Below are positions 53,857 through 62,762 of a stretch of 64,000 nt of DNA, one piece after another. Origin of the DNA: Armatimonadota bacterium. Its GTDB lineage: Bacteria; Armatimonadota; UBA5829; DTJY01. The stretch covers positions 3,497-67,496 of the forward strand of contig JANYKG010000182.1 in assembly GCA_025358205.1 (NCBI GenBank), read 5' to 3'. Each line of letters starts with the position of its first letter. Within the stretch, counting starts at the first letter, position 1. Made by a program: the position numbers and the translations under genes. The notes under the pieces were generated by a model that worked only from the letters and a program-made list of their open reading frames with translations, was not told the DNA's origin and did no database searches.

Positions 53857-56418
53857 CTACTCAATACTCATCCGCTCCAATATCCGTAACCCGTTCTTAG
53901 TTCTGGCTTCACAATCAATGTCGTTGGGACCGTAAACCTGGGTTGCATAAGCATTGTCTCTGCATGTGGTCGAGTTGATGGTGAGATGAACCTCATCCAC
54001 CGCAAGATATGGATTTGCCACAAAGTCATTCCCGGATGCAACACCGGAGTAATTCGCTCCAACGTTCCATGAGCAGTTGTGAGTCAGGGTTGCGGTACCA
54101 CCAGAACCAGTTGGGCGATAAACGCCTGTATTGTTCTGATATATGACGTTGTTGGCGATCGTGGGGCTGGATGAATAAGATATGAACACTGCTCCACCGT
54201 TTCCCGTAGCCGCATTGACGTTCCGCGACATGGTGTTGCACGCAATGATGGGGCTGCAGACCCCGGATATGTAAATAGCCCCTCCCCGCATAGCTTCATT
54301 GCCCTTCAACACGTTATCGCATATCAGGGGGCTGCTGTCATAGCAACAAATGCCGCCGCCGTCATATGGTCCGCCGACATTATTGTTCTCAATCCAGTTG
54401 CGGTTAATTGTGGGGCTGGACGATTGATAGCAGGCGATACCAACTCCCTGTCGGGTTGTTAGGTTGCCATTGTCATGTATGTGATTGTCTTCGACGATGA
54501 TGCTAACATTCTTGACGCAGTATATCCCACTGCCGTTCTCGTAGACGTAGTTGAGGTGTATCCATCCGTTGGATGGATATGTAAGATCCAGATAGATGCC
54601 ATACTGGTTATGCAGGATTTTGTTGTTGATGATAGTGGGAACATGAGTACCGAAGCACCTGATCCCATATGAACTGCCATTCTGCAGCGTAAAGCCGTCC
54701 ACGGTGGTGTAGGAACTTACGACTTGTGATGATATTACATAGCTATACTGCTGTGCGACAAAGCTCGAATCTAGATTCGAGCTTTGTCGGGGAAATGCAG
54801 ATCGCCCGTCTAGAGATGTTTCGGTACCAGCGAAACCGCCGTAGAGGCCCTCGGATTCACGTAGCGTGACATGCTCATTGTATGCGCCTGCTCCAACCCA
54901 CACCTTTCGTACAGCCTGGCTATTCGCTGTATCAAGCCCGGCCTGGATTGTGAGTTTGGCCTGCGACCATGTCCAGCCGTTGTTGCTGTCATTACCCGTC
55001 TTTGACACGCATATTACCTGTGGTTTGACGGTAACGTCCCGTTGCACATCCCCTGTATGGCCTGCGAAGTCCATGGCACGAACCCAGATGTGTGTCGCGG
55101 TAGGGTTATCCCACGCATACCTCCAAGCATGAGTGATCGCGTCATAAAACGCGGTATGCCAATCGCCGCCGTCTATCTTCACCTGCACATATGCGACACC
55201 GGTCTCCGAGTCCATAGCGGTTCCGCCAAGCTGTACCGAATTGTTTGGCGATACTGATATCTGGATTCCGGAGGGGTTTGTAAGAGTGACCGTCGGGTTG
55301 GCGGTATCAGCGGGATTCTTGACGATAATATCTTCCTGCCTGCGCAACCGCAGGATTGGATGATAGGTCGCTCCGCTATCTGTCGTTTCGCTGCTGCAGA
55401 TTCCGGTGGCATATAGATACCAAGCGGTGGATGTTGGCGGAACGACCTCCGGGTTGTTGCCGCTCACCGCTTGCAAATTCCAGCTAACCTTTGGTCCGGT
55501 GTGCCCAGAGCCGTCATTGAGGGACAATCCGTCGTCCAGGTAGAAATAGTCATTGGCGGTGTCCACATAGGTGATCTTCCCGAAACACCGCACCAGCAGT
55601 CCGCTGGTTTGGAGGTAATCGCCATCCGATATGGCAAGGGATCTGCCAACAACCATTATTGGCTTCACTCGTATGCTGGTGGTAGTGGCCGTGAAGTCGG
55701 TCGCGTTGATGTATGGCTCACCGTTGGTGTCAACATCCTCCGTGCCGGTAATGCTTACTAAGGCATCCCTGTTCACCACGGTTGTGCCTGTGTACACTAC
55801 CTTCCGACCAGCAAACCTGCCTTCGGGTTCCACGTAAAACGTATTTGAGGAGAAGTCATCGCCTCGGCCCGCCGTGACTATGAGGTCGGTGAGCGGGAAG
55901 GCGGGAGATTCCGTCTCCATGGTTTGCATCAAGTTCAACGACTCGCACAAGTCCTGGGGGATAGGCATGGGATTGGTGGAGACCTGCGCCAGAGATATAT
56001 CCAGCATATGCGGCCAACTTAGCACAGTAGCGGTCTTGGGTGGGATGGGCACGGGTTGATCGTTCGAGTCCACGTACTGCCTGACCTGGCTGGCGATAAC
56101 TATCCTGATTCCTTGCACCGTCGCGGTGTGGCCGGTGACCTCGATAAAGCAGTCTTTATGTATCTCCGCGCTTGCCAGAACCGGCAGTGTAACCTGCGAC
56201 CACGGGTCACGCACAAATAGGTATGGGCTGCAGGAATGATCCAGCCGCACTGCATCGAGTACGACCTCGATATCGTCCGCCACGGAAAGCGTGTGACTCA
56301 CGGTTCCAGCCCTCGCCAGCGGATAGTCCGCGTTGGCGACGGAACAACTCAACAACAGCCCGTAGACGGCAATCAAACAAGCGGCCAAGACGCTAAAACG
56401 CGAAAGTAGAATGCGCAC
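53857..56418 (-). CDS. Secreted right-handed parallel beta-helix repeat protein (pectate-lyase-fold, NosD-like repeats)
   Basis: 853-aa ORF with a signal peptide. The C-terminal half has many ~22-aa G-x-x-x-x-N-N-x-I repeats (NNKILHNQYGIYL, EDNHIHDNGN, NRNWIENNNVGG, CDNVLKGNEA). GC is visibly lower than in neighbouring genes. Confidence 0.75.
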   Translation of the reverse strand: MRILLSRFSVLAACLIAVYGLLLSCSVANADYPLARAGTVSHTLSVADDIEVVLDAVRLDHSCSPYLFVRDPWSQVTLPVLASAEIHKDCFIEVTGHTATVQGIRIVIASQVRQYVDSNDQPVPIPPKTATVLSWPHMLDISLAQVSTNPMPIPQDLCESLNLMQTMETESPAFPLTDLIVTAGRGDDFSSNTFYVEPEGRFAGRKVVYTGTTVVNRDALVSITGTEDVDTNGEPYINATDFTATTTSIRVKPIMVVGRSLAISDGDYLQTSGLLVRCFGKITYVDTANDYFYLDDGLSLNDGSGHTGPKVSWNLQAVSGNNPEVVPPTSTAWYLYATGICSSETTDSGATYHPILRLRRQEDIIVKNPADTANPTVTLTNPSGIQISVSPNNSVQLGGTAMDSETGVAYVQVKIDGGDWHTAFYDAITHAWRYAWDNPTATHIWVRAMDFAGHTGDVQRDVTVKPQVICVSKTGNDSNNGWTWSQAKLTIQAGLDTANSQAVRKVWVGAGAYNEHVTLRESEGLYGGFAGTETSLDGRSAFPRQSSNLDSSFVAQQYSYVISSQVVSSYTTVDGFTLQNGSSYGIRCFGTHVPTIINNKILHNQYGIYLDLTYPSNGWIHLNYVYENGSGIYCVKNVSIIVEDNHIHDNGNLTTRQGVGIACYQSSSPTINRNWIENNNVGGPYDGGGICCYDSSPLICDNVLKGNEAMRGGAIYISGVCSPIIACNTMSRNVNAATGNGGAVFISYSSSPTIANNVIYQNNTGVYRPTGSGGTATLTHNCSWNVGANYSGVASGNDFVANPYLAVDEVHLTINSTTCRDNAYATQVYGPNDIDCEARTKNGLRILERMSIE

Positions 56419-56579
56419 AGATTTTCACCCTGCAGTCGGCTGTCCACACGGAACGGCGCGGACAATAGTGTTATTATAATCATAACCTAGCATGCTTGCT
56501 GTGTCAATGAAAAATCGTGTTCTGGAAATCCTTGGGGAAAAAGAGTCAAAATAAAGTTGGCAACCACTCGTAAAACGGT

Positions 56580-56608
56580 TTGTATGCCGTGGTGCGTTTT
56601 GCTATAAT
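56580..56608 (+). promoter_or_regulatory. Candidate dnaA promoter (TTGTAT-17 nt-TGcTATAAT)
   Basis: TTGTAT at 56580-56585 and TATAAT at 56603-56608 with TGC immediately upstream (extended -10). A DnaA-box-like TGTCCACAC lies at 56441-56449. Confidence 0.45.
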
Positions 56609-56742
56609 GGCTGAGCCACGCAATTCTGGCCTGCATTGTGCGCTTGGCGTGTAGTGCAGGGCCTTCCGAGCATCGTTCGCGCTTCTTTTGAATGATGCGG
56701 GCAAACCTCGCAATCTGCCTGTGGCAGCCCGGAGGGATCCTG

Positions 56743-58128
56743 TTGGACGAGCAACTCCGCTTGGGAGACAATGATGCTCTTGTAGCTGTGAAGCGCGCCT
56801 GGGACAAGGCATTGGCGCTCATGGAGCCGGAGGTGAACCGCCCCAGCTTCGAGAGCTTCGTCAAGACAGCCCATCCTGTCGCTGCGGATGACGGGGCCTG
56901 CACGATAGGCGCCCAAAGCGAACTGGGCAAGGTGTTCCTCGAGAAGTATTACCACATCCTGAAGCCCGCACTGGAAAACTGCGTGGGTAAGGAACTAGAT
57001 ATCACCATCGTCGTCGCGCCGAAGCAGCCAGCGAAGGCCCGCGCGGTGGCTGTTCAAGAGGCGAAGCGCGCCTCCAACACGGTGACTTCTTTCTCCCAGC
57101 CCTTCAACGATAAATACACCTTCGCCACATTCGTGGTCGGCTCGTGCAACCGCATGGCCCATGCCGCCGCCAAAGCCGTCGCCGAAAACCCAGGTACGGC
57201 GTACAACCCGTTCTTCCTCTACGGCGGACCTGGGCTTGGCAAGACGCATCTGCTTCAGGCTATCGGCCAGCACGCGATGTTCAAGCATCCGAACCTTCGC
57301 GTGGCATATGTGTCGGGCGAGAGCTTCACATCGCACTACGTCACTGCCATTCGCGAGCAGAGATCGGAAGATTTTCGGCAAAAGTACCGCAACATTGACC
57401 TCTGGCTGCTGGACGATATTCAGTTCCTGACCGGCAAAGAGCGTACCAAGGAAGAGTTTTTCCATACATTCAACGCGCTGCAGCAGATGAACAAGCAGAT
57501 AGTGCTGTGCAGTGACCGGTCGCCCCGCGATCTCGCGCCCGCTGAGGAGCGGCTGAAGACCCGCTTCGAATCCGGACTTGTGGCCGATCTCGCACCGCCG
57601 GACATCGAGACACGGGTCGCCATTCTTCAGCGCAAAGCCAAAGCCGAGCACGCGGATATACCCATGCCGGTGCTGGAGTGCGTGGCGGATCTGATACCCA
57701 CAAATGTCCGGGCGCTGGAGGGTGCGCTCGTGACTCTTATGGCGTACTCGTCGCTCATGAAAGCCAACATGTGCGAGGAGCTTGCCAAAGAGGTGCTGGG
57801 TAGATATCTCGCTGAAAAGAAGTACAGCGAGGTGACCCCCGAAGCCATTATCCGAGCAGTCTCGCACGGTTTCTCCGTCAGCGTGGATGACATTATCGGG
57901 GCCAAACGAGACAAGGAGTTGGCGCTGGTGCGGCACATCGCCATGTTCCTGGCTCGACAGATCACGGAGTGCCCGCTGCAGAAGATCGGCAAGGCGTTCG
58001 GTGGAAAAAACCACGCGTCCGTACTCCATGCAGTTAACCGCGTGGAGTCGCTGCTTCTGGAGGACGCGGAGTTGCGAGCCAAGGTTGATGAGCTATCGCA
58101 GGGAATCAGGTCGGGGCGGCTGCCATGA
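56743..58128 (+). CDS. dnaA: Chromosomal replication initiator DnaA
   Basis: AAA+ Walker A GGPGLGKTHLL, box VII, and the C-terminal DNA-binding signature KIGKAFGGKNHASVLHA. Track start is 56692. The TTG at 56743 has GGAGGG 6 nt upstream and is preferred. Confidence 0.95.
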   Translation: MDEQLRLGDNDALVAVKRAWDKALALMEPEVNRPSFESFVKTAHPVAADDGACTIGAQSELGKVFLEKYYHILKPALENCVGKELDITIVVAPKQPAKARAVAVQEAKRASNTVTSFSQPFNDKYTFATFVVGSCNRMAHAAAKAVAENPGTAYNPFFLYGGPGLGKTHLLQAIGQHAMFKHPNLRVAYVSGESFTSHYVTAIREQRSEDFRQKYRNIDLWLLDDIQFLTGKERTKEEFFHTFNALQQMNKQIVLCSDRSPRDLAPAEERLKTRFESGLVADLAPPDIETRVAILQRKAKAEHADIPMPVLECVADLIPTNVRALEGALVTLMAYSSLMKANMCEELAKEVLGRYLAEKKYSEVTPEAIIRAVSHGFSVSVDDIIGAKRDKELALVRHIAMFLARQITECPLQKIGKAFGGKNHASVLHAVNRVESLLLEDAELRAKVDELSQGIRSGRLP

Positions 58129-58152
58129 ATTTCATCTTGTACCCAAAATCAC

Positions 58153-58416
58153 TTATCCACAAAACCTGTTCACAACCCTGATGTTAAAATTGTTGGCACC
58201 TTCCCGCCGATACACCCATTGTGGACAGTGTGGACAACCGGCATTTTTGTTATCAGCCTGTGTACACCAAATCGGTGAGTTATTAACAACAGGGTTGAGC
58301 GTGATTGATGGGTTTGTTGAGCACAAACCGGTGGGGTTATCAACAATATCCACAACCCATATCATAAAGAATACTGACTTAGATTATCTTTCCGAAACAG
58401 AAAGAACTGTGGACAA
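58153..58416. other. oriC candidate: cluster of at least 7 DnaA boxes with AT-rich segments
   Basis: TTATCCACA (58153, perfect). TGTGGACAG (58220), TGTGGACAA (58229), TTATTAACA (58280), TTATCAACA (58337), ATATCCACA (58346) and TGTGGACAA (58408) each have at most 2 mismatches to TTATNCACA or its complement. AT-rich stretches lie at 58181-58196 and 58358-58392. Confidence 0.75.
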
Positions 58417-58428
58417 ACCTTCGATCTC

Positions 58429-59547
58429 ATGTATGTTACGCAACTGACTCTCCATAATTTTCGAAATCACCCAGAAGTATCGTTGTCTCCGAACAAAGGG
58501 ATGAACGTACTTCTCGGTAAGAATGCCCAGGGTAAGACGAGTATCCTTGAAGCCATATACGCGGCTGCGACAACTCGTTCCTGGAGAGCAGGGAAGGACG
58601 CAGAGCTTATCGCATTCGGTCAAGACCAGGCTCGCGTCCACGTGGAAGTCACCAGAGAAACGCAGAACGACGTGGAGTTGGAGCTACGACTAAGCGCCAC
58701 AGAGAAGAAGACCATCACTGTCAATACAATCCGACAGACCAGGGTCGCAGACCTGATCGGCCAGGTAAAGGTTCTACTCATCGAGCCGGAAGACGGAGAG
58801 ATAGTGCGCGGAGAGCCAAGTGCGCGCAGGAAGTTCCTCAACCTGGAGATCAGCCAGATTCAACCGATCTACTGTCACCTGCTCTCAAGCTATCGCAAGG
58901 TGCTGGAGCAGAGAAACCGAATCCTTAAGGATATGCAGAAGGGTCTCTCCGGCGGAGGAGTGTTGGATATTCTCAACGAGCAGTTGGTGACCTACGGATC
59001 GGGACTTGTGCATAGAAGACTCCAATTCGTTCAGAGGATAGACGATCTTGCCACCGAAATCCATTCGGGTATTACGGACGGATCAGAGAAACTGGAAATC
59101 AGATATGTCTCTTCCACAGTTCTGGAGGGCGCTGATACCGTGGATGAGATAACGCTTAGATTGAAGGCAAGGATGGCAGAGGTCAAGGCGGACGAGATCA
59201 GGCGTGGAGTCACGCTGGTCGGACCGCAGAGAGATGAACTGACGTTCCACCTGAACGGTCTGGATGCGCGCGTGTACGGATCGCACGGCCAGCAGCGAAC
59301 TATCGCACTCTCCCTCAGACTTGCGGAGTTCGCGGTAATGGAGGAGTCGGCTATGGAGCCGCCGATAGTGCTGCTGGATGACGTGATGACCGACCTGGAC
59401 GAAGAGCGCAGGGGACATGTCCTCGCGCTGACCCAGGGACGTTGCCAGACGTTCATCACCGCGCCGAGTGATCGGGCGTTCAGTCCTGAAATGCTTCCCG
59501 GTGCGAAGATTTACAGGCTGGCGAACGGAAAGGTGACCGAGCAATGA
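58429..59547 (+). CDS. recF: DNA replication and repair protein RecF
   Basis: 372-aa ORF. N-terminal LTLHNFRNH...GKNAQGKTSILEAI (Walker A), the SMC-like signature GQQRTIALSLRLAE, and Walker B IVLLDDV. Confidence 0.9.
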   Translation: MYVTQLTLHNFRNHPEVSLSPNKGMNVLLGKNAQGKTSILEAIYAAATTRSWRAGKDAELIAFGQDQARVHVEVTRETQNDVELELRLSATEKKTITVNTIRQTRVADLIGQVKVLLIEPEDGEIVRGEPSARRKFLNLEISQIQPIYCHLLSSYRKVLEQRNRILKDMQKGLSGGGVLDILNEQLVTYGSGLVHRRLQFVQRIDDLATEIHSGITDGSEKLEIRYVSSTVLEGADTVDEITLRLKARMAEVKADEIRRGVTLVGPQRDELTFHLNGLDARVYGSHGQQRTIALSLRLAEFAVMEESAMEPPIVLLDDVMTDLDEERRGHVLALTQGRCQTFITAPSDRAFSPEMLPGAKIYRLANGKVTEQ

Positions 59548-60116
59548 GAGGCAGCGCTTCACCCAGGGACATAGCGGGCGTGCTCTCCGTTTTCCTGAAG
59601 GGCATCAACATCGAGTCCAAGCTCAAGGAGCAGACGTGCATCCTGGTCTGGGACGAGGTGGTTGGCGAGCGAATATCCGCAGCGGCACAGCCGGAGTTCA
59701 TCCGGGACGGCAGGCTCTTCGCTGTCGCAAAAAGCTCGGTGTGGGCAAACGAACTGAACTATCTGAAGGCGGACATCATCGCCAATCTCAATGCGCGCGT
59801 TGCAGGGAATGTCGTGAAGGAGATCGTCTTCAAAGCCGGTCGTTTGCCAAAACCCCGAGGAAAAGTGACTGAGACACCGGATGAAAAGCCGTCGTTGGAA
59901 GGTATTCAGTTGACCGACATGGAACTTGAAACCGTGGAGGCCGAAGCGCGGAATGCCGGCGAGGAAGCCGCCCCGGTGGTAGCCCGGATGATGCAGACTG
60001 CGCTGAAGTTGGAGCGATGGAAGCAGTCCCAGGGGTGGACACCGTGCAAATCGTGCGGCGCCCTTCAACACACGGAGTCGGGCGTTTGCCCGGTATGCAG
60101 TCCCAGGTCAGAGTAG
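59544..60116 (+). CDS. DUF721 (DciA-family-like) protein with C-terminal zinc ribbon
   Basis: 190-aa ORF overlapping the recF stop (ATGA). VWDEVVGERISAAAQPEFIRDGRLFAVAKSSVWANELNYLKADIIANLN matches the DUF721 pattern. The C-terminus is CKSCG...CPVCS. Confidence 0.7.
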   Translation: MRGSASPRDIAGVLSVFLKGINIESKLKEQTCILVWDEVVGERISAAAQPEFIRDGRLFAVAKSSVWANELNYLKADIIANLNARVAGNVVKEIVFKAGRLPKPRGKVTETPDEKPSLEGIQLTDMELETVEAEARNAGEEAAPVVARMMQTALKLERWKQSQGWTPCKSCGALQHTESGVCPVCSPRSE

Positions 60117-60159
60117 ACCAATACCGCCGGTGTAACAAATAGATCAGGAGTTTTTCTTA

Positions 60160-61515
60160 ATGCGAGTTATCATGTTGTCCTGGGAGTACCCACCGAAGAT
60201 CGTGGGCGGACTGTCCAGGCACGTTTATGATTTGAGCCGAGCGCTTGCCGCGTCAGGCACCAGGGTTGACGTAATCACCTGCGATTTCCCCGATGCCCCG
60301 GCGACGGAGACCGAGGGCGCGCTGACGGTTCACCGCGTAAACGTCCCGCCCGGCGACGATTTTGTCCACTGGGTTCACAACCTGAACGCGGAGACCGAGA
60401 AGAAGGTCGCCGAGCTGCTGGACCCGAAGCCGGTGGAAGCCGCGAAGGGTAAGGAGGCAGTTGCGCCACCGCCGTTCGCGCCGACCGAGCCGACTGTCAT
60501 CCACGCGCACGACTGGCTGTCGGAGTTCGCAGGCAAGGCGCTCAAGCATAAGTACCGCCTGCCGTTGGTTGCCACGGTACACGCCACCGAGCACGGCAGA
60601 AACCACGGCATCAACAATGACATTCAGCGCTACATCAACGGCATCGAGTGGGAGCTGTGCTACGAGGCGTGGCGAGTGATCTGCTGCAGCCACTACATGC
60701 GGGACGAGATCAATACCGTTCTGGAAGTCCCCATCGAGAAGCTCGATGTCATCCCGAACGGAGTTGACGCAGAGAAGTTCAACCTGCAGTTCGATAAGGC
60801 CGAGTTCCGAAGCTGGTTCGGCAAACCGGACGAGAAGCTGATCTTCTTCGTCGGACGAATGGTGCCGGAGAAGGGCGTGCAGGTGCTCATCGAGGCGATG
60901 CCGGAGATACTTGCGGCCTACAACAACGCCAAGCTGATCGTGGTCGGCGGCGGCAGCAAGACCCACCTGGCGGAGGCGGCGGAGCGGCTGCACCTCGGCG
61001 ACAGGGTGTTCTTCACCGGGTACGTGGATGACGAGACCTTGCTGAAGTTGTACAATGTAATAGACGTGGCGGTCTTCCCCAGCCTGTACGAGCCGTTTGG
61101 CATAGTGGCGCTTGAGGCGATGGTTGCCAAGGTACCGATTGTGGTGTCCAGCGTGGGCGGCCTGCAGGAGGTTGTTGATCACGGCGTGACCGGGCTGACC
61201 GCCTGGGCCGATAACCCGGACTCGCTGGCATGGGCGATTGTGCGGATGCTGAAGAACCCGTACTCCGCGCGCCAGATGGCGGATAACGCGCACAGGAAGG
61301 TGCTGGAGCAGTTCAACTGGTCGTGCATAGCGGACCAAACGGCGGCGGTGTACGAGCGGGTTTGGTCGGAGTTTGAGGGTTCAGACTGGGCGAAGCGGCC
61401 CGAACCGGAAGTACCCACACCGCCAAAACCACAGGCACCGCGGAAGCCGAAAGCGGCTGCTGAGCCAGCCAAGAAGACGACACGAAAACCGGTGGTCAAA
61501 AAGAAGAAGGTTTGA
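60160..61515 (+). CDS. GT4-family glycosyltransferase with lysine/proline-rich C-terminal tail
   Basis: 451-aa ORF. N-terminal MLSWEYPPKIVGGLSRHV, plus the E-x7-E region SLYEPFGIVALEAM typical of retaining GT-B (GT4) enzymes. The tail is PTPPKPQAPRKPKAAAEPAKKTTRKPVVKKKKV. Confidence 0.85.
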   Translation: MRVIMLSWEYPPKIVGGLSRHVYDLSRALAASGTRVDVITCDFPDAPATETEGALTVHRVNVPPGDDFVHWVHNLNAETEKKVAELLDPKPVEAAKGKEAVAPPPFAPTEPTVIHAHDWLSEFAGKALKHKYRLPLVATVHATEHGRNHGINNDIQRYINGIEWELCYEAWRVICCSHYMRDEINTVLEVPIEKLDVIPNGVDAEKFNLQFDKAEFRSWFGKPDEKLIFFVGRMVPEKGVQVLIEAMPEILAAYNNAKLIVVGGGSKTHLAEAAERLHLGDRVFFTGYVDDETLLKLYNVIDVAVFPSLYEPFGIVALEAMVAKVPIVVSSVGGLQEVVDHGVTGLTAWADNPDSLAWAIVRMLKNPYSARQMADNAHRKVLEQFNWSCIADQTAAVYERVWSEFEGSDWAKRPEPEVPTPPKPQAPRKPKAAAEPAKKTTRKPVVKKKKV

Positions 61516-61592
61516 CGCAGGTTCGCATATGCTATGGGTGCGTGTGAAGCGCGTCCGAGATACAAGAAAGGCAATCGAAAGGGGTAGTTGAG

Positions 61593-62645
61593 TTGGCTAA
61601 GAAGATGACGAAAGTCGGGCTGATTGGCACAGGTTCCATCTGTCAGAGCGTGCATATTCCCGCATACGTGAAAAATCCGGATGCGGAGATTGTGGCGATC
61701 TGCGATATCAATGAGGAGACGCTGGCGAAGGTTGGCGACCAGTTGAACATTGACAAGGCAATGCGGTTCACCGACTACAACAAGCTGTTGAAGGTCGCGG
61801 CCATTGACATGGTGGACGTCTGCACGCCGAACTTCGTGCATATGGATCCCACCATCAAGGGGCTGAACGCCGGCAAGCACGTGATCTGCGAGAAGCCAAT
61901 CGCCCTCAACGCCAAGGAAGGCGCGAAGATGGCGGCAGCGGAGAAAGCGTCCGGCAAGAAGCTGATGATCGCTTACTGCTGGCGGTGGAACGCAGGCGCC
62001 CAGGCGCTGAAGCGGTTCATAGATGCCGGAAGCATGGGCGAGATTTACTACGCCAGAGTACAGGCTCTGCGCCGCAGAGGTGTGCCGAGCTGGGGAGTAT
62101 TCATTGACAAAGAGAAGCAGGGCGGCGGACCGTTGATTGATATCGGCTGCCACGCGCTCGATCTGACGCTTTTCCTGATGGGCCACCCGAAGCCGATCTC
62201 AGCGTCCGGCATGTCTGTAACCAAATTCGGCAACAAGAAGGGTACATTCGGCGCATGGGGCGCATGGGACTATGATAAGTATACGGTCGAGGACTTCGCG
62301 GCGGGGTTCATTCGCTTCGAGAACGGCGCGACCCTGACGCTGGAGTCCAGCTTCTGCGCGAACATCGAGCACGATGTGTTCAACACCTCGCTGATGGGCA
62401 CCGAGGGCGGCGCGACCCTGGACCCACTGAAGATGTACCGCGAAGAGAACCAGACGCTCATTGACGTTTCGCCGGTTATGCTGAAGAACGTCGGCACGCA
62501 CGAGGCGGAGATCTTCGCTTTTGTGGATGCCATCCGTACCAACAAGCCTAGTCCGGTACCCGGTGAGCAGGGCCTGATGGTCGCAAAGATCCTGGACGCT
62601 ATCTACGAGTCCTCCGAAAAGGGCAAGGAAGTGGCGATTAAGTAA
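61593..62645 (+). CDS. Gfo/Idh/MocA-family NAD(P)-dependent oxidoreductase
   Basis: 350-aa ORF (TTG at 61593 or ATG at 61605). Rossmann motif VGLIGTGSI and the family EKP motif (VICEKPIA). Confidence 0.85.
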   Translation: MAKKMTKVGLIGTGSICQSVHIPAYVKNPDAEIVAICDINEETLAKVGDQLNIDKAMRFTDYNKLLKVAAIDMVDVCTPNFVHMDPTIKGLNAGKHVICEKPIALNAKEGAKMAAAEKASGKKLMIAYCWRWNAGAQALKRFIDAGSMGEIYYARVQALRRRGVPSWGVFIDKEKQGGGPLIDIGCHALDLTLFLMGHPKPISASGMSVTKFGNKKGTFGAWGAWDYDKYTVEDFAAGFIRFENGATLTLESSFCANIEHDVFNTSLMGTEGGATLDPLKMYREENQTLIDVSPVMLKNVGTHEAEIFAFVDAIRTNKPSPVPGEQGLMVAKILDAIYESSEKGKEVAIK

Positions 62646-62762
62646 TACACTAGAACTATGGAGTGCGCAGGCTTGACTGCGCCTTGCCTTCGACGGAGAA
62701 CTCCGCAGATCAAATGCGGCGTCGAGCCGCCGCACTCCACAAGGTTTGGTCTGGAGTTTCGT

